From: Pocillopora damicornis
Taxonomy: Eukaryota
Length of the DNA stretch: 64,000 nucleotides
Assembly: GCF_003704095.1 (NCBI RefSeq)
Contig: NW_020843606.1
Span: 248,001-312,000 of the forward strand
Reading direction: 5' to 3'
Position numbers and translations under genes: made by a program. The notes below the pieces were generated by a model. That model was not told the DNA's origin, ran no database searches, and was given only the letters and a program-made list of their open reading frames with translations. Positions 37,437-49,400 of the stretch are shown in pieces. Numbering within the stretch: position 1 is the first letter of the stretch; the number at the start of each line of letters is the position of its first letter.

Positions 37437-40400
37437 TTAGACAAGTCGGCTGTGCCTGAAGCCCTAAGAAATAAAAAAAAACATAAATTTAATTGGAATG
37501 ATCAGATAAAACAATGAAAGTTTGATACAATTTGTCATAACGATGACGACAGCACCAAAAGTAAGCAAAAACAACATCCAAACAGGAGTTTAACAACTAA
37601 CCTTGTTATCATGTTCTATTTCGTGGTAGATAGGTTGATGTTCCACATGGATCTCCCTAAATCCTTCATCCCTCAACCGACCGGGTTCATGTCCCCCACG
37701 AGCATACCACTCTTCCGTACGGTATCCCCCGTCTTCCAATTCATAATAATGACGTCCACCATTATCTTCCGAGAATGTCATCTCCTGTTCCTCCATTCCA
37801 TAGAGCTGGCTCGATCCCCGTTGGACATTCGGTGCCTGGATACCTCCGATAGCCAAATCTACAGTTCCCATTTGGAAGCCCCGGTCCGTTTCATCGACTG
37901 AAGAACCTCGGCTGCTTTGTTTCATCCTCATGTAACCATCACGACTCATTTCTCCTTTCAAGGCGCTCTGAGCCGACTCGCGTCGTTGTTCGAACATGTC
38001 GTAGTCGATGGCGGACAGTTCATCTGCGCTTTGAGCGCGTCTTAATTCTTGAGTTCGGGTACGAACTTGAGTAGGTGCGATTGACTCTTGAGATCTAAAT
38101 AAGAGGATGGGATAAGGTTAAGTAGGATCAGTTTTGATCGAGACTCTGTTCCGTGAAACAGAGGCGTTTACTGGACTGTCTTCTTTTCCATGAAGCGGAT
38201 AAACTTCATTTTCTTGTTGCTTACTAAAGATGTTCGGTGGAATTGTCTTGAACGAGTGCGTGACCCTCTTGACCCATTAGAATATAAAACTGAAATTATT
38301 CTCTGATTATTCTTTCGCACATCTGCCCTGTTTTCTTTGAATTTGAATGGGCTCCTTCTGCTACTAACTTTTATTTTAATTGGAAGTTGTGATTACTTTA
38401 CTTTTGCTTGCCTGACACTTAATCTGAATACTCCGTGATAAAGAAATATACCTCATGTAACCTTCATTAGCAAAAGCAGAGCTCTGCCTCTGTTCTGTCT
38501 GGTACGACCATTGTTTGGAAGTAGCCTCGGCCTCCTCAAGAGTTGCAGCAGCAGATTCGCTCTGAGCGCGTTTCCTTTTCTGGGTGTCAGTGGAACTCAT
38601 GGTCATCTTTGTAGCGCCTTTTTTGACTGTTCCAGTGTTGACCTCTTGAGAATACAATGGAGTCTCTGAGTGGACAGTTTCTGCTGTTACGTGTTGGTCT
38701 TTTTTGTTATCGGCTTCGATGCCGAATTGGATGACACCTGGAAAACATTTAGTTGGAGGAGAATTATCAATTAACAGTGGTAATACAGGTGACACGGTTT
38801 AGTTATTCCATGGGTAATTGAGTTCGATCGTACATGCGTTGTGCACGCAGAGAATGATGAATTAATTTCGAGTTTATAAGAATACACGAAGGTCTTCTTA
38901 TTCAAAAAAAGGAAGCGAAGTACTCACCAAGTTGGGGACTGTCTTCTTTCATCTCAATGCTAACCTCTTGCACCTCGTCTTCGGGAACCTTGTCGACCTT
39001 TGGTGCTCTTGCCACCATGGGAACCGCACGAGGATTCCATCTCTTGCTTTCACCGTCTTCTATAAGATACCCGCCATCTTCTTCCGTGGATGTTTCGCTA
39101 AAAGCTGTCAGACCTTTACTTTTCTTCCCTCTAAGAGCCAACGAAAGAAATTAAGGGAGTTAGTAAGCCCTCAGGAATACTTCAACCCTTTCACTCCCAA
39201 GATCTCATGAGTAATTCTCCTCACTATTGGGCATACCCTTCTCATGATGTTATTTAAGGAAATTTAGTCTTAGATCAACCAATAATCCCCTAGCTGATAT
39301 TTTTCTTTATTCTCGTCACTAGTCTGCTTGATATTGTATTGATACTGTAAGGAGGGTTACACAGTGATTACAAGTTAAAAGAAAGCCATCCATTGTTCTC
39401 GAGAATTTCTCCAACACTTCGCCTGAAATGATGGGTACTTTCTCAAGGAGAGTGGAAGAAAGTCCTTCGTGTTCAAAATTACGTAGAATCTTCTCCTACA
39501 ACGCTGATCCCTTAAAGAAAAGACAGGCATATAAGTTTCGCCTCTATTTTTCTTCCCGATACGGCACATGCAACATCGCCTGGTTGTGGTGAAGATACCC
39601 ACGAATTTTCGTTGCAGGCATAATTTCTAAAATTACAGCTGAGTATGTTGAATGCACAGCCTCCAGGTTCACATACATGTAAGACATGCTCAGTGGTAAA
39701 ATAGAAATGACTTATTATGTGCTCTTTACCTCTTGCAGCAAACATGCCAGCAACAATAGTACAAACAGGCCAGGAGAAGAAGGAAAGTTAAGATGCCAGC
39801 CAATATCCACAACGCGATCACTAAAAATATGAAAAAGTTGCATGATTAGTTTGTTTAACCCTTTACACCCCAACATCAGTATTCATACTCTCCATCCTGT
39901 TCTCTGTACATTTACTAAGGTGCTGACAAGGAGAATTCGTCCAACAATCAAGAGTTTCTTCAGTTGGTGATCATTTCCTTTATTCTCATGACACTGATGT
40001 GTAATTCAGTGGTGATATTGTGAGGAGAAATTAGATCCTAGTCACTGTTAGGGGTTAAAGGGTTAAAGGAAATGAGATTGAACTATACTCGCGATAAGGT
40101 CACTTTCCTTTTCCCGCGCATCGCAAAGACTGCCGGGCGGTTATTGTGTCTTCTCATATGATTGCTAGTCGTAGTTGCTTTGGGTTTGGCTTTACTTAGC
40201 TCAAACAAATGCACTTACATTGACAATTCCAAAGTGGTAAGGATCACAATGTAAAGGAAAAATCCCACAAAAAAAAGACAAGAAATGTTACAACAACTTA
40301 CAAATTCCATTTCCTGCATCCTCTGAAATTCGAGCTGGATTTGCTGTTGGGTCTATTATTTCTAGACACAGAAAATAAAAGAAACATATTATATATCTGA

Positions 40401-43400
40401 TTGGACTCCAGGAGTTAAGATAACCATGACACTGAGAAAAAGTAAATAATCGACCTGTTTCCGTGGAATTCACCTCAGTTACCCTCAACTTTAGTAACTT
40501 CAACCTGATATTACATTGCTGCAGTTAAATAACATTAAGTTGATAACAAACTTACAAAAGTGAAAATCATTGTTAAATGAATCGAATTCTGTTTAATAGG
40601 AATTCTTTGAAGTATAAAATAGCAGATGTGACTCACCAGTGCAGGCAAACACCGACGCCTGCATACATGGTTGCTGGTTAAATGTGATTGGATAAAAACG
40701 GACATATCGAACGGCTTGTGTGGCGTTGAGGTTGTTAAAAACAACGGATCTTGAATCCCGATTGCCAGAGAATACCTACAATTATTTGCGAGATAATAGA
40801 CAAAATTTAACATCTTATAATGAATTGCTTTTTATTAAGATTTCCATCATTAACCCAGTTAAAGGTCTTACAATTTGAGCTACTTAGCACTACTCTCTTG
40901 ATCAATTGTTAACTATTCCTGTGCGAGCGGGTTCTGTTGATCGTGCTGATGATGGTTGTTCATTTGTAAGCCTCTGAGCAGTGCTTTCGTGTCGTTCGGT
41001 TTCCTATGTTATTGATAATTCTATTGAGTCTATAATGAAGCCCTTGTATGTCATTTGCGAACTTCCGAATACAAACTGTCCACAGGTAAGAACATTTTCA
41101 AGTGCTTTAAACTAAAGAATAAACAGAAGACCAACCTTAGTTCTTCCGCCTTGGGTATAGTTAAAGAAGGAGTTGCCATCTGAGCTCAGCGTTATGTAAT
41201 AACTCCTAACCCATCGATCGTTTTGTTCCTGACCTTTTGTAGCCACCTGGTAAACATCAGCAGTTTCCCCTGAGGTGATAAAGAACAAGAATTGTTTTGT
41301 TTTCTTCAAATTGATGAAGTCTTAAGATTCCGTGAACCAGGGTCAGCATTGAAAGGTCACGCAGTAACACAATGGCTTTTTTATCTAAAGGGAACTGATG
41401 GTTTTCTCAAGAAATCAATTGCCTGTAAGGAATGTCGTATCCTTGTTACGCAATTTTGATATTTTGCAAACCCTGGTGTGAAAAATAAACCGTGCGGTCC
41501 TTGTATAAATGGAGATAGAGAATAAATTAACGCAAATTGGACCTGCCAAAATTTAAAGATTTAGGATAAATTGTCCGTGAAGCAAAACCCATGACTTAGC
41601 TCCTTTAAACCTTAATATTATCTTTAAAAGGTTTTTTACCTAAGTCTATCTGCAAATAGCCACCAACGTCGTTGATGTCTCTGCACCAGGCTCTTTGCGA
41701 TGCACTCGGGTTAGAAGTGTCCAGCTTGGCAAACTGAGCCGGTTGTTCAACAGTCGAGGCACTGTAATTTGTGTCATTGAGTGAGGTCCTTTCCGCACAG
41801 CCTAACAAATATAATTAATATGGGTTTTTTCAGTGTTAGCAAACCCAGGACTACATTAAATTTACGTACGTATTTAATTTACTGAGAGTAGGTGTGTCAT
41901 ATGTTAATTTTTTATTCTGCTTTATGCTGCCTCGCCACTTAACGTGTTTCCTCCGCACTTCTTACTCTGTCTATGTGTGAAGAGTTTTCTTTCCTTAGGA
42001 TTTAGATGGTTTCCTACAGTTTTCATTTGTTATCGGAGTTTTAGTCCGCGATAATTCCTGAGGTACTCTGAACAATATTTATCAGTTACCAACAAGATTC
42101 AAGAGTTGTTGAACTAAAAATCAAGTGTACTGACCTTCACAGTCTATTTTGTTGCATTCTTCAAATTGCTCACTAGGGCCATCACATCCTAGCTCACGAA
42201 TATCACAAGTGCGCGTGCGTCGTCTGGTCCCGGCAACGCCCCTCTGGCGACAGGTTCTTGAGCATGCGCTCCATTCCGACCACTGTGAATAACCGGAAGC
42301 TGCAATTGATTAAAATTTTCGTTAAAATTTGCGAACATTTATGCGGACAGCAATGACATAGGAAAAAATGGATGATGTGCAGAATTGTCCGATAACTTGA
42401 CCAAGTGTCCAGGGTTTATAGTTATCAATTTTCTGCTAGTTTTCTTTTTTTTTCCTTTTTTCTTTCATAGGCTATAGCAACCTTGTGCAAAGGATCGGAA
42501 GTCAGCAGCAGTCAAAAGCACAAAGGATCTCCCTATGCCTGAATATCTGGATGATCAATAAAACTAGGAAACAATACGAAGTAGTTCAATAAATCTCACT
42601 TCTTAAAATGATCTTCATAATTTCCCTTGCCACTTCCTCTGGCCTCTCAGTTGGTTCTACTTCAATGATATTTCGGTTTTCTTCGGTAATGTAAATAAGC
42701 TCATTTCGATCCACTGATCTTCCAATACCGACTCCGATTATTAGAATACTCTTCTGGACCAAATCGGTTGCAATCGTCTCTAACTGAACTTTGCTATTGT
42801 CCGTTTTTTTGTCCAAAATGACCACAAGCACTTTTTTCGCGTTAGGCCGGACCTCCCTCAACTCGTACACTCTCTTGACCTCTTGGAGAGCCTTCGCCAG
42901 GTCTGGAGTTCCAGTCTCTCTCTGAAGACTCGTCACCAAACGAGTCAATGTTTCTTTGTCTGGCACGTTAGTAGAGAAGTCAACACTTGTTGTGAAGCCA
43001 GAGCCAAAAACAATTACGGTGTAATGGATTCGGCTGATTCCATACTTGTCAATTATGTTATTGATTGTGGACTTCATCAATGTGAATGTTCTATCGGTTG
43101 AAGCGGAAGTAGCACTGATGACAAAAGTCAGGTCGATCTCTGGAATATTGGCTGAATTTAGAAGGAAGGAAGAAATAAGTTATCATGATCACTGTACCAA
43201 ATCAAGTTCTCAAAATTTAAAGGTTCGAACAAACCTCATCCCTTCTTTGAAACGCACTAACTCGCCGTTGCAAAAAAATCATTTCCAACAAATATCGCCA
43301 TCTACTCAGTCCTAACACAAGTGTCAGTGCTTAATCTCTATGCATAAGCGGCACACACTTAAAGTTATACTTACCTTGCAGTGCTTTAAACATGATGGTC

Positions 43401-46400
43401 TCTGCTATCACAACTGGTCTCTGTGTAGTAAAATCCGGCACACTAATGTAATCACTTTGAGCTATAACCACCTTTGTCATCTGGTTACTAATTGCGTTCA
43501 CCTGTTGTCCAAATCCTACTGATAGAATAAGCACACCTCCCTTTCGTAATCTGGCAGAAGTGGCTATAAGTGAGTTATCATCTCCACTTCCGACGATATC
43601 CGTGAGCACAACAAACACTCTGGTAGCGTTAGGCCTGGATGTCTTTGTGAACAGCTGTTCTGCTTCCTCTAGAGCTTTTTCGAGGTCGGGGTCTCCAGTA
43701 ACCTTCTCAGTTCCATTCACTGCCTTGATGAGTTCCTCCTGAGTTATTGGTGCATTGTCAAAGGTGAATCTAGTGGTTACCCTGCTTCCGTAAACAATGA
43801 AGCTAAACCGGACTTTATTAACTCCATAACGATCAACAATTGTGTTGATTATTTGTTTCATCAGACTGAAGATTTTATCTGAATCAGCTGACGCAGCACT
43901 GATGGCAAAACCAACGTCAACGTCTGGGAAATTAACTGGAAATTTGAATGAATGAAAAGATTCTATTAGAGACAGAATGACTGATTGGCCGACCGGTGGA
44001 CTGAATGACTGACTGACAGACTGTAGACTTACTGACTCACACACTAACTGGTAAATAAATCGACTGACTGACTGACGGACAAAATGATAGACTGACAGAC
44101 TGGCAAAGTGACAAATTGACTAACTAACTGACTGACTGACTGACAGACTGACTATCAGACTAACTGGGTGACAGATAGAATGACTGGAATTCACAACAGA
44201 ACACTTAGGAGAACACATTAGATTCAAAGTGACTGGATACAGGGAAGACATCTTTGACTTGCAAAAACAACATTCATAGCAGGAATAGCAATGAAACAAT
44301 ATTGTCGAAGTAAAGCTGAGCGAAATGGCTTACGTCTGAGAATCCTTTCCATTATACGCACGGCCAATACTGATGGATTGATGTTCAAACGAGCGGATAT
44401 GACGTCCAACGGGTTAGGTGAAATGATATTCAACTCGCTTCTGGAGACTTCATTTCCTACTCCTATCGAAATCACCAAGACCCCTAGATCTTCTAGCGGT
44501 CTCACTGCTTGGCTCAAGGAGTTTGTACTCGAACCAGAATTCCTATCTGTAATAACTACCAAGACCTTCTTAGCACCAGATCGTCCAACACTCTCTTTAA
44601 AGACCCGATAGGCTTCTTTTAATGCATTTGTCAGCACGGGAACCCCGGGCAAAGCAGGTTGGCGATCAATGGCTGTTTTAAGCTCATTTGCGGAGAGAGG
44701 AAAGGTTCTGTTAAAATTGACCACTCGGATTACTTGATTGCCGTACACAATGACGCTGTAATGGATTTTGTTCACGCCGTATGTATCGATGAATTTCTTG
44801 ACGGTGTTTTTCATTAGCTCATAAGATTGTTTAGATGATGCTGATGTGGCACTAATGGCAAACACCAGGTCGATTTTGGGGATATTCGGATCTAAAGAAA
44901 TGGAGGAAGAGAATAGGTATTTTGGCTCGAAATAGACTATTTTTAGACTATTTATAACAAAAACCGACAGGTGTAATTAGATTTTATAGAGCTTCGACGA
45001 AAACTTGGTAAAAAGTGGTGTGTTTCAACACAGCTGCCTGAATTTAGTGAAGCTGGGAAGGATTGTAAAATTTCATCGGGTACAGAAATTTAGAACAGCA
45101 AAAATTGTTACAATAGTGGCAGTGCCATTTACATAACGTGTACTTACCTATAGTAGGTGTAGGCAATGCAGTAGCCGTTGGCGCTGTAGTTGCTGTAAAA
45201 GTAGTATATCTATTAGTTTTTTTACTTCCAAAAGCAAACCCGGTACATATTGCTCTGGAACCGATTTCACTCTTCATACATTATGTTGAACGATACTGAG
45301 GTGATCTGGTAAATGTAAGACTTTCCTTGCAACTGAAATTCTCGGAGACTAGAGAGCGTTTTTTCGCGAGAATAATCAATCAGTTGTGGCCTTACTTGTG
45401 CTTTTCTTTCACCTAATAATAACTAGTAATCTAAATTATGAAATAAGCTAATTTCGTCACCTTTACAAGGTCCAGAGTTACAGTTCTCCGTTTCAAAGGC
45501 TGGCCCCATACAGACGTCACCGCCTCCCGAGGCGGGTGGGTTAGTGCACGTTCTTGTTCGGTTACGTTTTCCATCGCCACATAGAACATTGCATGGCCCT
45601 GTAGCCCAGTTAGTCCATCCTCCATCAACTGAAATTAAGAAAGGATCATGAAGCTATCGATTTTAAGCGACAGACACTATTTCTGTGCAAATGAGGTAAG
45701 TTTCCAAAGAAATTGTCGAGCTGCGTCGGTGGTAGGTATTACAAGTTTACTTGATTTTATTATCTAACTTAAAGTAAATTGGCCATCGGAAAGAGTTTCT
45801 AAAGCTGACGTTTTGAGCATCGGCCCGACGTCAGAGTTCTAACGAAGTGCTATAATTTATTCTCTCGGTGATACTTTCAGCCTGAAACTATCATCGGGTG
45901 CAGAGTGCCATCAGCTCTAATTGTACTCTGGAGCGTTGAATTGTTACTGTCCTTAAAAAGAAGGATTGCGGTGGCCGAGAAACGAATCGATGATGCTTTT
46001 ACCTGGACATGCCTGGGTCATGCATTCCCTTGTCTCTGTATCGTCGCCAGGACAAAACTTTCCTCCGTTGGACGGTTGCGGGCTGTCGCACTGACGTCTT
46101 CTTGACTGTGTTCCGCCACCGCATGTCCTGCTACAGGAGGTCCAACTTGCCCAATTTGACCAGCTACCATCAGCTGTGGAAAGAATAAAGTCGATTTCTC
46201 TCTGTAAATTACAGAGAAGAGCTAACTAGGCTTTTTGTCTTACTTTGTCTATGTCTATGGTTGATTGGTTAATCATTGTCACCGAAAACTTTCTCATTAC
46301 TGCTGCGTGAATGGTAAAAAAGATGACCATTTCTTGCTCTTCAGATTTGACTTTGCCGTGTGTTTGAGTCGCCAAAAGACAACTCTACCTTCTTTTCTCT

Positions 46401-49400
46401 TTAGTTGAAACTTTAACCATTACTTTTGCTGTGGAGTAAATCATTATCCGTTAATTTCTCGGTGGAAGGAAGGATCCCTCGGTATACCTTTCTTTTTTAC
46501 TTATGAGTACCAATTTGGAAGCCGAAAACACTAATAGAACTCACCTGGACAGACGTTGGTGCTACACACTCGAGTCTGGAGGGTATCTCCAACACAGGGC
46601 TTCCCACCCTGGGAGGGAGGGGGATTATCACACTGCCGTGTCCGGGTTTGAGTTCCTCCTCCACACGTCTTGCTGCATTGTTTCCATGGAGTCCACGGAG
46701 AAAATTTTCCATCCACTAGCAGCAATAAAGAAAAAGAAGCATGGTAGATTTTCAACATCATTTGTCCTCACGGTTATCTTTACCTTTTTAAAAGATCAAA
46801 TCTACGCATTCGGGTGCCAAGTTACTGTCAAGAAAAACGAAGTATTTAGCGTCGAAATTACAATTTCTGGGACAAAATGTTACAAATTCTCTGCTTTTAT
46901 ACAAAAAAATAAAAATCCAAACTCATCACCCCAAAAGGAATGTCGTACGTAACTCTTGGTTAACTTTCCAGGTTCTTCTTCCTATACCTCACCTGGACAC
47001 GATTGTGTGTTGCACCTTTCAACCTCCACGTATCCGCCAGTACATCCTGATCCGTCATTGGACGGTGGTGGATTGGTACAGGCACGTCTTCTTGATCGTG
47101 TTCCACCTCCGCATGTTGCACTGCATCCTGTCCATTGGGCCCACTCAGTCCACCCGCCGTCCACTGGAGACAAAAGGAACGAAGACATTCAATCTTTTTG
47201 TCTCACGAAACAGATATTTTGTAGATTCCTTCACTATGAGGGTAGTTTTATGCCTTCGATCCCCTCTTTCTTACCTGGACATGCTTGTTTGTTGCACTGT
47301 TGAGACTCCTCTGAGTTTCCACTGCAGCTATTTCCACCGTGTGCAGGAGTAGGGTTAGTGCAAGATCTTGTCCTCTTTTGTGTTCCTCCACTACACGATT
47401 TTGTACAGGTCGACCATTCACTCCAGTCGCTCCAGCCGCCATGTACTGGGCCTATGCAGAGAAAATTTTGTATGAAACCTGCGTTTATCAACTAATGTTA
47501 GGTTTCCAAGGTTTCTTTGTTCTCCTTTTGAGCGCAAGAGAAGGTCTGTTCACAATAAACTTGATACCACTGGTCTCAAGTAAATTTCGTCAATTTAAAG
47601 TATCGTTATTAATTCATCCGTTAACCAATTACTGATCATGTTGAGGTTCCTGAGCGACAATATTCTTGGTTGATTCTCGAGCTATTATGCACCTTTTGTT
47701 TATTTACAGTGGAAAAATCAATCCTCCTGAGTATTTCACGTGATTTCCGATGAACAAGTGCGTTCTAGTGCATGATTCGAATGAGGTATGTACGGTATTT
47801 TGGTTTTCCCTCTATAAATAGCTCACCTTAAGTCTGGTTTTTTTTTGGTATAAAGTTAAGCTATCCTTGCACTTACCTGGACACTTTCCCACATTGCACG
47901 CTTCAGATTGTAATCTTAACCCTGGGCAAGAGGCTCCTTGGTTGGATGGCGGAGGATTGGTGCACGAGCGCTGCCTCGTTCGCTGTCCGTCGCAGGATTT
48001 ACTACAGCTCGACCACTGACCCCACGCACTCCAACCACCATTGACTATTTCAGATAAAACATCATTTTTAAAGGCTATGATTAACTAGTGCGAAGTCATT
48101 GATCATAAGTGGATACAATAAAATAGAAAATAGTGACGGAGATTGCTCCCAACGGAATAAAGCATGTCAAGAAGGCTCAATTCTAAATCACTCTCCAAAA
48201 ATAGCCGAGATGAAGGAGCAGAACCAATAGAGTTGAAATATTGGAATCTTTGATTTAAATTCAGTAACTGAAAACGAACATGAACAATAAACGCCACTTT
48301 GAAACGGTTAAAGGAGAATGTTATTGTGTGGCTTCAAATGACTCAGAGTAACTCTCTTATCAAGATTTGAAATACTAAATACCAGGATATTACTAATCAT
48401 GTGTTAACTCCTGCTAAAGATATCCATGGGAGTGAGATTCTTCCTTTTTTAAATCTTTTTGAACTGATCATTGGTTTTGGAAGTTGTAATGGGCAAATAT
48501 AATACGACAATAATTTAATCGATTCATTGATTTGGACTTGATTTTGGTAAGTACCTGGGCAGCCTTGCGAATTGCAACTCTGAACTTCGTAACCATTTCC
48601 AGGGCATGTTTTGCCACCGTTCTGAGGTGGTGGGCTGGTACATTGCCTTCGTCGATAGGAGCTGCCACCGCCACACGTTTTGTCACAGGCAGACCATTGT
48701 GTCCACTCAGTCCAGCCTCCATTAACTAAAATGGAAACATGATGATTCAAAAAGGAGTCGCCTCACCATATTTGGAGTCAATTCTGTGCTGCGTAAGACT
48801 ATGTTTAGCATTAACGAAACAGGAAGATATTGTTTCGTCAAGAGTTACGGGCACAATAGAGGCCACATTTGTAATTTACTTCCTTCCCAAGGGGATTATA
48901 TTGAATTTTTACGACATGGACATACCTCAACAAATTTTTTTTTGCTCAGTGAACGAAGGTTCACACAATATGAAATGTAATTAATAAGTGAATTAGAACG
49001 AAAAAAAGCGTTTGAGTAAAAAAGGGAAAGGCTTAATTAACACATCCGGTTTCATTTACAAAACAAAAGTCAGATAAAATTGTTATAAAAACAGAATTTT
49101 TCCGTAGGATTAGCTTTTTAAACTTCTGTAGCCATTTGTAAAAGGTTCTACAGATATTATCTGCGAAATTTACTTACTGGGGCAATTTTCAGTGTTGCAA
49201 GATTGATGATCTGTATCGCTTCCTTTACAGTGAATGCCGCCATGTTGTGGTGGGGGATTGTTGCAAGAGCGCTTGCGCGTCTGTGAACCTCCTCCGCACG
49301 TCGCAGAGCAACCTGACCATGACTGCCAATTAGTCCAGCCACCATTAACTGACCAATCAGAGAAAGGAATAAATAACAAATACTTGCAAATAAATTTTAA

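Noticed and set aside
37437-37463. Paralog B C-terminus HSRLV as a class I PDZ ligand
   Set aside because: Position -2 is Arg rather than Ser/Thr, so it does not fit the canonical class.
43945-43956. TGAATGAATGAA, the reverse complement of the reported high-affinity HBP1 site TTCATTCATTCA, in a paralog B intron
   Set aside because: It lies in a splice-acceptor pyrimidine tract adjoining a tetranucleotide microsatellite, so it is likely chance. No evidence that the neighbouring HBP1 regulates it.
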